Part shown: positions 17,319 through 26,689 of the stretch, piece by piece | Position numbering within the stretch: position 1 is the first letter of the stretch | Layout: every line of letters begins with the position of its first letter | IMG/VR virus record: IMGVR_UViG_2061766007_000171 | DNA: 28,523 bases | From: an uncultured virus (IMG/VR IMGVR_UViG_2061766007_000171) | Taxonomy: Duplodnaviria; Heunggongvirae; Uroviricota; Caudoviricetes | Direction: 5' to 3' (one strand) | Notes under the pieces: model-generated | Told to the model about the DNA's origin: nothing | Database searches by the model: none | Seen by the model: the letters and a program-made list of their open reading frames with translations, nothing else | Program-made: the position numbers and the translations under genes

Positions 17319-17600
17319 ATGACCAGATACATAGTATACACATTTTATGGTCTTTATACATTGACAAAAGAGATCGCTGATAAAGAAGACATCATAGATG
17401 AATTCGGCTGCATCCCGAATGGTCGTGTAGAAGATCGTGAACGTTATATGAAATGTATCAAACTTACTAGGAATAACATGCGTAGATTCACCATCGATGA
17501 AAGGGATATTCCCTTTTCAGAGACTGTCCCCGATTTCGATAACATGTCTAAGAATATTCAAAAGAAATTCAAATATGAATGGTCAGAAAGGAGTTGGTAA
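17319..17600 (+). CDS. hypothetical protein
   Basis: GGAGG RBS; about 93 aa. Confidence 0.7.
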   Translation: MTRYIVYTFYGLYTLTKEIADKEDIIDEFGCIPNGRVEDRERYMKCIKLTRNNMRRFTIDERDIPFSETVPDFDNMSKNIQKKFKYEWSERSW

Positions 17601-17601
17601 A

Positions 17602-18194
17602 TTGATATTCTATCAAGTAAAACATATCATACCGCCTGAGAACATCGAAATGTTTGGCGTCAAAGGAGTATGGTCACCATGCAGACTATCCGATTATGTC
17701 GGGGGACTGACAGAGGATGATGAAGATATATCATACAACAGACTGAGATTCGATCTGTCTGACAATCCTGAGTTCGATGTAGATCACATCGATCTTCTAA
17801 TCGAGGACATGATCGATGACAACGGCAATGCACTTGCAACATTCGCTGTTGACAATATACTTCAAAAAAGCAGTGAGACATACATCTGCTTCGAAGACAC
17901 GCCGACACTTCGCCATGAACTGGAGATGCTGTGCTATTGGTACAGCTTCGATAAANNNNNNNNNNGAATCACATCGATCTTCTGATCGAGGACATGATCG
18001 ATGACAACGGCAATACACTTGCAACATTCGCTGTTGACAATATACTTCAAAAGAGCAGCAAAACATACATCTGCTTCGAGGACACGCCGACACTTCGCCA
18101 TGAGCTAGAGATGCTATGCTACTGGTACAGCTTTGATAAAAGATCGTGGTACGAAGAACTCGGGCGTGAAATACAATTTATGAATTATGAATGA
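17602..18194 (+). CDS. acidic hypothetical protein (interrupted by gap/duplication)
   Basis: AGGAG RBS, TTG start; duplicated segment across N 17956-17965. Confidence 0.6.
18164..18184 (+). repeat. boundary motif copy 5 (GCGTGAAATACAATTTATGAA)
   Basis: Lies within the last codons of the upstream ORF, just before the next gene block. Confidence 0.8.
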
Positions 18195-18226
18195 AACTTT
18201 TTATAATATTCGTGGAGGAATATAGA

Positions 18227-18851
18227 ATGGCAAAGAAGAATGTAGAGGAAATGATCCTCGCAAGACTGAATGAGATCGCAGATCTCAACGAAGAGAACGA
18301 AGGCATCAAGCGCGAGAGCTCGACTCTCAAAAGATTGATCAAGAATACAGATCGCATATCCTCATTGATCACCGAGGTCGATGAGCTTATGGCTGAGCGT
18401 GATATTACGACACCGATCTCATCGCGTGACGGAACATTCACAGCATACAAGAAGAGAATCGGTAAAAGCGGCGTCGACATGGATGCTATCTTACAGACAG
18501 GACTATTCATGTGGTTCGCAAAGAATCATCCTGAATGTCTTGAGCTTAATCTCAAGAAAGCAGAGATGGTCACCGGCCTCGACCTGAGTGCGTACGCAAA
18601 GAGACAAGCGTATGATATATACACTGTCTCGAAGGATGAAGACTACAGATATATCGCTGAACTTCTNNNNNNNNNNACTCAATCTCAAGAAAGCAGAGAT
18701 GGTCACCGGCCTCGACCTGAGTGCATATGCAAAGAGACAGGCATATGACATATACACTGTCTCGAAGGATGAAGACTACAGATATATCGCTGAACTTCTT
18801 AGTGATTACCATGATGAAATGGCTGAGAAAGAAGCGGGATACCAAGGATGA
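18227..18851 (+). CDS. hypothetical coiled-coil protein (interrupted by gap/duplication)
   Basis: GGAGG RBS; duplicate across N 18667-18676. Confidence 0.65.
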
Positions 18852-18861
18852 AGGGAAGACC

Positions 18862-19089
18862 ATGGATGGGAATGGTCTTCCAAAATGTCCTGTTTGTAAT
18901 TGTCAGCATACGAAATGTGAAAAGGTTACCGGTCTTGAACATGATAAGATGAGACATGTATGTTATGTCTTCACTCTTTATCACTGTCTTGATTGTAATC
19001 ATTGGTTCACTATCAAGGAGGAGAAAGATGAATGGGATCGTATCGAAATTGAAAAACAAATTGAAGAACAAAAATCAAAGCAAGTATGA
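18862..19089 (+). CDS. small zinc-ribbon protein
   Basis: CPVC...CLDC. Confidence 0.65.
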   Translation: MDGNGLPKCPVCNCQHTKCEKVTGLEHDKMRHVCYVFTLYHCLDCNHWFTIKEEKDEWDRIEIEKQIEEQKSKQV

Positions 19090-19228
19090 TCTTGAATGTG
19101 ACAAACTTCTTACGTGTGATGAATGCGGATTTAAAGGAAAGACAAAAGGATACTGGGGCTATTACGGAACCAAGTTCTGTTGTCCCATGTGTCTTAACAA
19201 ACATATGAAAAAGGAGATGGAAAGATGA
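19028..19228 (+). CDS. small zinc-ribbon protein (start uncertain)
   Basis: CDECG...CCPMC; ATGA overlap with the next gene. Confidence 0.5.
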   Translation: MNGIVSKLKNKLKNKNQSKYDLECDKLLTCDECGFKGKTKGYWGYYGTKFCCPMCLNKHMKKEMER

Positions 19229-19401
19229 CAACAAGCTGTCCGTGCTGCGGCGGTTCTGATTTCGATTGCGTTGAAAGAGACTATGATCTTAATGAATATC
19301 TCTATGAATGCAATGATTGTCATTGCTTATTCATAATAAGAGAAGAGATCGAGATAGTAGAAGAAGGAAAATTATATGATGATAAAGAGGAGGAAGATTA
19401 A
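19225..19401 (+). CDS. small acidic zinc-ribbon protein (58 aa)
   Basis: Hand-translated MTTSCPCCGGSDF...YECNDCHCLF...; AGGAG RBS. Confidence 0.7.
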   Translation: MTTSCPCCGGSDFDCVERDYDLNEYLYECNDCHCLFIIREEIEIVEEGKLYDDKEEED

Positions 19402-19713
19402 ATGGGAGAAAGAGTAGGCATAGCAATAGTGGATAAGGATGGTGAAACATCACCCATCATCATACAGAGTCATTATCTTGGAAGGAAACTTCTGGGATAT
19501 GCTCAGCAGTTCATGAACGAAGTCAAAGATAATGATCGCTTCATGCGTGAAGATTGTTATGTGCATCGTATTATAGCAATGTTCATCATGTGGCTTTATG
19601 AGAAGGGATATGATAAACTTCATCATGATCTTTGCATTCAGTTAGATGAAGATGGGGATACAGAAGATCATGGTATCTTCGAAATGAACTTCCAGGAGAT
19701 GACTGTATCATGA
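19402..19713 (+). CDS. hypothetical protein
   Basis: 103 aa; GGAGG RBS. Confidence 0.75.
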   Translation: MGERVGIAIVDKDGETSPIIIQSHYLGRKLLGYAQQFMNEVKDNDRFMREDCYVHRIIAMFIMWLYEKGYDKLHHDLCIQLDEDGDTEDHGIFEMNFQEMTVS

Positions 19714-20045
19714 GTCGTGGAAAAGCCATGTCAAAAGAAACATATGAACTCGCTATAAAAATGATGGAAACAGAAAATATCGGCGTTACAGAAGCAGCCA
19801 AGAGGGTAGGGGTAAGTTATAATACGCTTTATGCCGCCATAAAAAGAGGATCTAATCTTCCAAAACCCAGATATAAAGAATACAAAGGAACAATATTATC
19901 TGATACAGTCTCATTCAGATTCGATCCGAAAGAACAAAAGATCTTTATTGTCTGCGGTTTAAGAGAGATATCTATGAATAAAGAAGAATTTATAGATAAA
20001 ACAATGGTCATGCTGAATCTACTTGAAAAGATGGATGAAATGTGA
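19710..20045 (+). CDS. helix-turn-helix protein
   Basis: IGVTEAAKRVGVSYNTLYAAIKR. Confidence 0.75.
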   Translation: MSRGKAMSKETYELAIKMMETENIGVTEAAKRVGVSYNTLYAAIKRGSNLPKPRYKEYKGTILSDTVSFRFDPKEQKIFIVCGLREISMNKEEFIDKTMVMLNLLEKMDEM

Positions 20046-20049
20046 TAAC

Positions 20050-20637
20050 ATGTGTCCGGAAACAATGCTTACGATCACCAGATGTGATAAGGCAACAGCA
20101 AAGCTCATGGCAGACAACGCACTCAACCGCAGTCCGGAATGGTTCTACGAAACATACGGTGTACTCTGGCCAATGAAATGGTTCTCATCGATCATTGCAT
20201 TCTTCGTATGGGATGAGCTGAGATACATGGGTGCTGCTGCACAGACAGTCAGCGGTTGCAAGGAACGCATGACTATCGATCGTATCAGAAGAAGATATGA
20301 TGCAGCTGAACTTCCGGCAGATCTGTGGATCGGAGACACAACTGTCGACATGCTCATCAACACATTCCTTGTCGCATTCATTGACAATGGATACGGCGTC
20401 GATGAAGAGGATGATGATATTACGATGGAAGAATTCAATGCTGAGACTTACTACAAGATTCGCGGCGAGCTCTGCAAGCTTCATCTCAAAAAACCATACA
20501 AAGGATGGAAGATCTATCGTGCCTGGAATGTGAATGAAGGACATGGAAAGATGAAATACTTCGCCGTCAAAGATGATGAGATACTTTCGGCAAGGAATCT
20601 TTCCGGGATCAAGGATGAGGTATCGAAGGTGAGCTGA
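20050..20637 (+). CDS. hypothetical protein (paralog of 11710-12390)
   Basis: YKGWKIY...YFAV...NLSGIK; start uncertain. Confidence 0.75.
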   Translation: MCPETMLTITRCDKATAKLMADNALNRSPEWFYETYGVLWPMKWFSSIIAFFVWDELRYMGAAAQTVSGCKERMTIDRIRRRYDAAELPADLWIGDTTVDMLINTFLVAFIDNGYGVDEEDDDITMEEFNAETYYKIRGELCKLHLKKPYKGWKIYRAWNVNEGHGKMKYFAVKDDEILSARNLSGIKDEVSKVS

Positions 20638-20831
20638 TGAGATACAACAGCTTGGTATTACCGAGAGGATTCTCTGTAACAGTTGATGCTGATTCTCCGG
20701 AGGAAGCAGAGGAATTGATTAGACAATATGTCATCGAGAACTGTATCTGTACTCTTCAAAGAACAGATGATACATACGATGCTGAGAATCTTCTTGATGA
20801 ATTCGATGTAGTCGATACAACGGAGTGGTAA
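20637..20831 (+). CDS. small acidic protein, DpnD/PcfM-like pattern
   Basis: VTVDADSPEEAEE; AGGTGA RBS. Confidence 0.65.
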   Translation: MRYNSLVLPRGFSVTVDADSPEEAEELIRQYVIENCICTLQRTDDTYDAENLLDEFDVVDTTEW

Positions 20832-20832
20832 T

Positions 20833-21198
20833 ATGGGTTACTATAATGATGTAGTCATTCAGATAGATAAGAAGAATCGTAAAAGATTTGAGGATTACCT
20901 CAATTCTGATTATACGATAACTGATCGCGTACTTGATAACCAATATGTGATAAAAGAGACATCAACAGGATATCTTGTATACATCTGGATGAACGATCAT
21001 CAGCTCAGAGTCTCAGCAAGAAACCATTATTTCAGTCTTGAATACGAGATGGAAAAAGCCGGTTTCGAATTAGAGGATTACGTTGCTGAGATGTGGGAAG
21101 AAGATGGAGATCATCAATACGCCGGTAAGATGGACATAGCATATTATGTCCAAATGAACGCGTTTGTATATGATGAAAGAAAAGGAGAGTGGGTATAA
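20833..21198 (+). CDS. hypothetical protein
   Basis: 121 aa; MGYYNDV start; GGAG RBS. Confidence 0.75.
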   Translation: MGYYNDVVIQIDKKNRKRFEDYLNSDYTITDRVLDNQYVIKETSTGYLVYIWMNDHQLRVSARNHYFSLEYEMEKAGFELEDYVAEMWEEDGDHQYAGKMDIAYYVQMNAFVYDERKGEWV

Positions 21199-21294
21199 GT
21201 AGATTATATATACATCTAATGCATACATGGTAGTGTTACACTACGTAACTAAACATATTAAGAAACATATTAAATTCCAAACGGAGGAATAGAA

Positions 21295-21795
21295 TTGTTA
21301 GCAAGCTACACAATAAGAAAGTCAGTCAATGTGCCTGACGTTATCGGACTGAATGTGAACGACAAAGTCAAGATGATCGACTGTGTGACAACACAGAATG
21401 CATATCTCGGAGACATCGTAGCAAAATACACAGCAGAACTCAAAGAGAGATACTGCATTCGTATCAACATCATCGCTACAAAGGAAAATGAATACGAGAT
21501 CAGTGTCCTCAAGAGTAGTAATATGGATGATCTTTCAGATTATTCATATGATGATTATGACGATGAAGACGATGATGACTACTACGGTATCAACGATTGC
21601 AGTGAAGAGATCTTCTGCGAGACAGCATCTGCAGATAAAGTCGTAGAGGTTCTCGGCGATGCCTGTGCATACATCGAGAAATCTGTAAAAGCATGTCACG
21701 CTTGGGAAAAGAAGTGTGAGAAGAAAACAACAGCGGATGATTTCCTCAAGAGACTCAAGAAGATCATCGATGCGACTTTGGAGGATAACGAATAA
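21295..21795 (+). CDS. hypothetical protein with central Asp/Tyr tract
   Basis: GGAGG RBS, TTG start; DYSYDDYDDEDDDDYY. Confidence 0.75.
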   Translation: MLASYTIRKSVNVPDVIGLNVNDKVKMIDCVTTQNAYLGDIVAKYTAELKERYCIRINIIATKENEYEISVLKSSNMDDLSDYSYDDYDDEDDDDYYGINDCSEEIFCETASADKVVEVLGDACAYIEKSVKACHAWEKKCEKKTTADDFLKRLKKIIDATLEDNE

Positions 21796-21840
21796 ACTCT
21801 TTCAACAAACTTTTTACTTTTTATTCACAAGAGGGATAAA

Positions 21841-22152
21841 ATGGGACACTGGGAAGAAGAAGGGGACAATGAGGTCTGGTACTGTGATGAGAATGAGATG
21901 CTGCAGCAAGCCATAGGCAATTATGGTAGCACCTGTGATTTCGATGACTGGGTAATGAATACATATAGTCTTGAAGACTTGATCGATCTTGCTGTCGGAT
22001 ACGAGACATCGGATGAAGTATGGGACGATCTGGCAAAGGCATATGAAGATTCATTGCTTCAAGAAGCCGGGCCCGCCATCAAAGGACAGGACTACTGTGT
22101 CTACAATGTCAATTACATCTGGGTAGATGATGATGGCGAAGATGATGAATAA
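21841..22152 (+). CDS. highly acidic small protein (paralog of 27403-27729)
   Basis: MGHWE...DFDDW...VW.D...EDS...DY...WVDD. Confidence 0.75.
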   Translation: MGHWEEEGDNEVWYCDENEMLQQAIGNYGSTCDFDDWVMNTYSLEDLIDLAVGYETSDEVWDDLAKAYEDSLLQEAGPAIKGQDYCVYNVNYIWVDDDGEDDE

Positions 22153-22194
22153 ACAATTTAATAAAAACCATAAACAAACAAAGGAGAATTAAAT

Positions 22195-23235
22195 ATGCTG
22201 ATCGACAAAGATAAGACCGGTAAACAGATAAAGAAACTCGAGAGACAGACTGGAATCGCTGCGATATTCCATAATAACAATTTCAAGGAAATGGACGTCA
22301 ATAGCATCTATGATGCTTATGTCCAAGAATTCAAAGAGAAGATCGTCGAAGGAGCGATCTATTCTACATTGAAAGACATGTATGACAAAGGATACCTTAC
22401 AAGAGAAAGACGCACGGTCAANNNNNNNNNNGATAACAATTTCAAGGAAATGGACGTCAATGGCATCTATGATGCTTATGTCCAAGAATTCAAAGAGAAA
22501 ATCGTCGAAGGAGCGATCTATTCTACATTAAAAGACATGTATGACAAAGGATACCTTACAAGAGAAAGACGCACGGTCAAAAGATACATCAATGGACATC
22601 CTAAAGATGTCAGTGTGATCTTCTACAGACCTACAAGACAGCTTCAAGAACTTCATAATGAATCAAGGAAACTGATCGACAAAGTATCAAATGAGATCGA
22701 TGGTGTGAAACCAGAACTCGACCTGGTACCAGAAGATCAGAAATCCAGACCGGCATTCAATACACCTTCTATGTTATCTGAGAAGGAAGCCGAGATCCAA
22801 AAGATGCAGGATAAGATCGACAAGGTACAGGAGATCTGTAAACCTGTAGAAAAAGAGAAAGAGACAAAGAAGAAGATAGAGGACATGCTGAACACGATGT
22901 CGACCGGCGAAGCTCTTGTCAAACTCTATCAGGGATACAGGATCGTGTCAGCCGTGTCAGGGAATGTCTACGTGATCATGGACAAGAAAGGTATCACCTG
23001 CTCGCTGCACCCCGGTGAGATAATCACGACATTCCCTGCCAATGAGATGGAAGGAGTATGGAGACTCCTGGAAGACCCCAAGCCGTGTCCGTATTGCGGT
23101 TCGAGTGTCAAGCTCATTCAGCCTTCTGACAAGGTCGTCTCATATTACATGTGTGAGAATGTATCCTGTCGTGCAAAAGGCCCGCTTGGTACAACGCCGG
23201 AGGAAGCTCTTCGCAAGCATAATACCAGAGCATGA
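22195..23235 (+). CDS. multidomain protein with C-terminal Lar-like Zn finger (internal gap/duplication)
   Basis: KPCPYCG...CENVSCRAKGP...EEALRKHNTR; AGGAG RBS; duplicate across N 22422-22431. Confidence 0.7.
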   Translation: MLIDKDKTGKQIKKLERQTGIAAIFHNNNFKEMDVNSIYDAYVQEFKEKIVEGAIYSTLKDMYDKGYLTRERRTVXXXXDNNFKEMDVNGIYDAYVQEFKEKIVEGAIYSTLKDMYDKGYLTRERRTVKRYINGHPKDVSVIFYRPTRQLQELHNESRKLIDKVSNEIDGVKPELDLVPEDQKSRPAFNTPSMLSEKEAEIQKMQDKIDKVQEICKPVEKEKETKKKIEDMLNTMSTGEALVKLYQGYRIVSAVSGNVYVIMDKKGITCSLHPGEIITTFPANEMEGVWRLLEDPKPCPYCGSSVKLIQPSDKVVSYYMCENVSCRAKGPLGTTPEEALRKHNTRA

Positions 23236-23250
23236 AATACAATTTATGAA
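23230..23250 (+). repeat. boundary motif copy 6 (GCATGAAATACAATTTATGAA)
   Basis: Its TGA is the stop codon of the upstream gene; ATACAATT/AATTGTAT dyad. Confidence 0.8.
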
Positions 23251-23270
23251 TTGTATGTGGAGGTTCTGTA

Positions 23271-23540
23271 ATGAACAGTGAAGAGATGATAACAGCTGTG
23301 AACAGTGTCAAGTCCGGTAATGACTTAGCATTTTACAGCCATGGTAATAAGCTCATCTTCAAAGAGATAGCTAACGGAATATCCATGCTTAGTATCCAGT
23401 CTCAATCTAATGAGACTATCATCATGGTACCATATGATAAAGCTGAAGAAGATGGACATGGGAATGTAATGTTGACATTCAATGATACGATCAGAGGTAT
23501 CATGAATCCAAAAGGGGTGAACAAGATATGGGGTTTGTAA
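23271..23540 (+). CDS. hypothetical protein
   Basis: 89 aa; GGAGGT RBS. Confidence 0.7.
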   Translation: MNSEEMITAVNSVKSGNDLAFYSHGNKLIFKEIANGISMLSIQSQSNETIIMVPYDKAEEDGHGNVMLTFNDTIRGIMNPKGVNKIWGL

Positions 23541-24178
23541 GATCCAAGATATTCGGACACAATAAGAAGATGGAACAGACTGAGGAAGCCAATCCTGGAA
23601 CAGCGTTCTATAACTTCAACACAACACCGGGTGAAACATGTCCTGGTAAAGGTAATTGTTTCAAGAATGGATGGTGCTACGCATGCAACGGACATTATCT
23701 TTATTCTTCTGTGCAGAATAAGATGAAGAAGAATTATGAGCTCTCTAAGACAAATCACTTTGTAGAGGATGTTGAACGTGAACTCAAAAGACTTCAAAGA
23801 TTACAACCGACTAAACAAATCTACATCAGATGGAACGATGCCGGCGATATCTATGATAAAGATTACTTCTTGAAACTGATATCGATAGCTGCAAGATTCC
23901 CGCACATGTATTTCTATTCATACACCAAGTCGATCAGCATCGTTCATCATGTCACCGATGATCTTGGATTCAGTATACCCAAGAACTATCATATCATCTT
24001 CAGCCATGGTGGATCCGAAGATCACCTCATAAGACCTGAGGACAGACAGGCAAAGATCTTCGATGTCGATGAGATGTTGGAAACCGGGTATATAGACGCC
24101 AACCATAATGACATGGTGGCATACAACAACCAGTATGTAGGCTTGCCATATCATGGTACAAGGAGATATGTTCCATGA
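23528..24178 (+). CDS. Gp88 (gene product 88)-family protein
   Basis: NKKM...TCPG...C...CYA...IRWNDAGDIY...YSYTKS signature. Confidence 0.8.
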   Translation: MGFVRSKIFGHNKKMEQTEEANPGTAFYNFNTTPGETCPGKGNCFKNGWCYACNGHYLYSSVQNKMKKNYELSKTNHFVEDVERELKRLQRLQPTKQIYIRWNDAGDIYDKDYFLKLISIAARFPHMYFYSYTKSISIVHHVTDDLGFSIPKNYHIIFSHGGSEDHLIRPEDRQAKIFDVDEMLETGYIDANHNDMVAYNNQYVGLPYHGTRRYVP

Positions 24179-24645
24179 GTGAAGGTATCATATCGCCTAC
24201 GATCCCATTTGAAGAAGCAGCTGTAGAAGAGTCGGTGTTCGAATCCTTGATATCATTTTCAAGATCTAATAAAACAATGTCTGTATCATTCGATACGATC
24301 GTGAATGGTTCGATAGAAAGATTCACACTCTACCGTTTCGTCGATGAGGATACAAAAAGAAACAACATATTCCTTCATCATACTTCAAGAGGATACTTCG
24401 AAGTGATAGATATCAGCCCATATGGTAATCTTAAACATCCGACGCATGTCGGGATAAAGACATCCGGTCTTCTGGCTCTTACCATACACCCAGTCGAAGA
24501 CCTGGAGAGATTCAGATTAAATGCTTTGATACAGCATATCATGGTCGAGATAATCTGTCTACAGAACCAGGTGAATGATGAGGACAAGGACACTGTCGAG
24601 TTGATATTCGAATACCTGAAAATGTTGGAGGCGAATTATAAATAG
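24175..24645 (+). CDS. hypothetical protein
   Basis: 156 aa; ATGA overlap. Confidence 0.7.
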   Translation: MSEGIISPTIPFEEAAVEESVFESLISFSRSNKTMSVSFDTIVNGSIERFTLYRFVDEDTKRNNIFLHHTSRGYFEVIDISPYGNLKHPTHVGIKTSGLLALTIHPVEDLERFRLNALIQHIMVEIICLQNQVNDEDKDTVELIFEYLKMLEANYK

Positions 24646-24672
24646 ATGTAATGTATACTGTATGGTGATAGC

Positions 24673-25014
24673 ATGGTGATGAAACTGTCTATGAAGAAAG
24701 CCCGTGCATTGATCGCGGTATTTAATCATCCTTTCCATGTGGATACTATATCCAGCATTGAAGAGATGTATACTGAGACGCTGCAGGCGATCGGAGACAA
24801 AGGAAGACTGGCCGGAGATTTCTATCTTGACCTGGATCGTAATCGCTGTGACGGAATATACACATGTACCTTCATGTTGTCTATTCGTATTGATAAGAAC
24901 CGGATCCTGAACCTGGGATATATCAATGACGTCACACTCAGCAATCATGAACTCAGAATAGATGTAATCGATGGTACATTCCACTATGCTGTCATACTAA
25001 AAGTGGAGGACTGA
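24673..25014 (+). CDS. hypothetical protein
   Basis: GGTGAT RBS. Confidence 0.7.
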   Translation: MVMKLSMKKARALIAVFNHPFHVDTISSIEEMYTETLQAIGDKGRLAGDFYLDLDRNRCDGIYTCTFMLSIRIDKNRILNLGYINDVTLSNHELRIDVIDGTFHYAVILKVED

Positions 25015-25017
25015 TGT

Positions 25018-25482
25018 GTGGCTGTGATGGTACCGTTATATGACATACCGTTTGCACCGGCATTCGACGACGAATATCCTGTGAAGGATGATAAAGAAGG
25101 CATCTTATGCGTCTATTTCAATCCTTATAAGGGTGGTTGCACTAAGAGGATGCAGCGTGATCTCAGTGATATAATGGACACCATTGGCCTGTATACCAGG
25201 TATGTGGATAAGATCAACTTCTATCAACTAGGTAACAAGATGATCATCACACATGGCATACAGAGTCAGGCGTTCGAGAATGCACTCACATACAATGGCC
25301 AGCTATTCGACCTGGAATCGCCGGCGTTGATATGTAATAAAGGATTCACATCCTTGACACAGACAGAAGCATTGAACATGCTTGAGAGCATCAGACTCCG
25401 CCGCAGTATAAAGAACAAACTATACTTCATGAACATGACAATAAACGAAAGTGGTGACAATGAAAAGAACAATACCGCCTGA
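25018..25482 (+). CDS. hypothetical protein
   Basis: GGAGG RBS. Confidence 0.7.
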   Translation: MAVMVPLYDIPFAPAFDDEYPVKDDKEGILCVYFNPYKGGCTKRMQRDLSDIMDTIGLYTRYVDKINFYQLGNKMIITHGIQSQAFENALTYNGQLFDLESPALICNKGFTSLTQTEALNMLESIRLRRSIKNKLYFMNMTINESGDNEKNNTA

Positions 25483-25756
25483 GATGGGAGGATCGTACGG
25501 ATCCCCTATTGAAGAACTACAAAGTGTGATAGACGACCTGAATGATACTGAGGAACTGTTCATCATATCTGTAAAGATGAATGGTGTAACAGTATACAGT
25601 TATCCGGGTAAACGTGAGAAGATCAACAACCAGATGCAAGACCTGATCGATTCGATCGACAATGGTATCATGCATAAGATCGGAGGAACATGGATCAATC
25701 CGCAATTTGTCTTGACTGCAAGGATAATCAAATACAGTCCTGAGGTGAATGAATGA
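25460..25756 (+). CDS. hypothetical protein
   Basis: GGTGA RBS before ATG 25460. Confidence 0.7.
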   Translation: MKRTIPPEMGGSYGSPIEELQSVIDDLNDTEELFIISVKMNGVTVYSYPGKREKINNQMQDLIDSIDNGIMHKIGGTWINPQFVLTARIIKYSPEVNE

Positions 25757-26016
25757 GACTTCACATCAAAGACAGACTCGATTACTTCATTGATGATGTC
25801 AAGAACTTCTGGGAATACAGATCGATGAAAAAGAAAGCAAACCGTGATTGGTACAATGATATGAACAAACTGAGCGGTGATGAGAAGATGGAATTCGTCA
25901 TTAGTGATGATGGAATGCGTAATGAACTCATCATCGACGGTAAAGTCGTACTCAATATGACATTCGCGGAAACTGCAATGTTCTATCGCTTCATGAGGAA
26001 GTGCATCTATAGGTGA
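25753..26016 (+). CDS. hypothetical protein
   Basis: GAGGTGA RBS; ATGA overlap. Confidence 0.7.
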   Translation: MRLHIKDRLDYFIDDVKNFWEYRSMKKKANRDWYNDMNKLSGDEKMEFVISDDGMRNELIIDGKVVLNMTFAETAMFYRFMRKCIYR

Positions 26017-26020
26017 ATTC

Positions 26021-26485
26021 ATGCCTACAAAGCAGGAACATGATGGACTCTATGAGATCTGGCATGGCATGGTCCGTCGCTGTCATGATCCGAAGAGAAA
26101 GGATTATCCGAAGTACGGCGGCCGTGGCATACGTGTCTGCGAGAAGTGGCGCGGCACAGCCATGGCACAGGAATGGAACATGACAGGCTTCCTGGAGTTC
26201 GAGGCTTGGGCTATAAAGAACGGTTACAAGCCCGGACTCACCCTGGATCGCATCTGTAACAATCGCGGATATCAGCCTAATAATGTTAGATGGATCTCAA
26301 AAAAACAACAAGCATACAACCGAAAAACAAACAGATACATCACAATAAAAGGAAAGACTAAGACTCTTGAACAATGGGGGAAAGAATACAACATCGGCCC
26401 GGATGTCATACTCCACCGCCTTGAAAGAGGTTGGGATATGGAGCGTGCTATCACACAGCCGGTAAGAAAGAAGGTGAAAAAATGA
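26021..26485 (+). CDS. HNH-type (homing) endonuclease-like protein
   Basis: LYEIWHGMVRRC...YGGRGIRVCEKW...TLDRICNNRGYQPNNVRW...QAYN. Confidence 0.85.
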   Translation: MPTKQEHDGLYEIWHGMVRRCHDPKRKDYPKYGGRGIRVCEKWRGTAMAQEWNMTGFLEFEAWAIKNGYKPGLTLDRICNNRGYQPNNVRWISKKQQAYNRKTNRYITIKGKTKTLEQWGKEYNIGPDVILHRLERGWDMERAITQPVRKKVKK

Positions 26486-26685
26486 CTAAATACTCATTCT
26501 ATTTGGAATTGACTCCGCCCGTATTCACTGTAGATGCTGAATCATTAGAGGAAGCTCAGAATATGGCAGACAAAATGATCGCTGAATTCAGTGATGAGAT
26601 GGCATACAGAGTGACCAGTAATCTGTATGCAGAGGAATTCTGGGAAACAGAGACAGAGAGTTATCTGTATGAAGAGGAGGAATGA
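26482..26685 (+). CDS. small acidic protein, DpnD/PcfM-like pattern
   Basis: FTVDAESLEEAQ; AGGTGA RBS. Confidence 0.65.
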   Translation: MTKYSFYLELTPPVFTVDAESLEEAQNMADKMIAEFSDEMAYRVTSNLYAEEFWETETESYLYEEEE

Positions 26686-26689
26686 ATAA

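Noticed and set aside
14925..22580. Tandem duplications and frameshifted pseudogenes next to the N runs; possible DGR TR/VR pairs
   Set aside because: Every duplicate abuts a 10-N scaffold gap. The differences look mostly synonymous rather than adenine-specific, and no RT is present, so these are assembly artefacts.
5356..23250. Boundary motif as a CRISPR array
   Set aside because: The copies are kilobases apart, with no regular spacers and no cas genes.
26021..26485. HNH gene as part of a self-splicing intron
   Set aside because: It is tightly coupled to intact neighbouring genes, leaving no room for an intron RNA, so it is free-standing.
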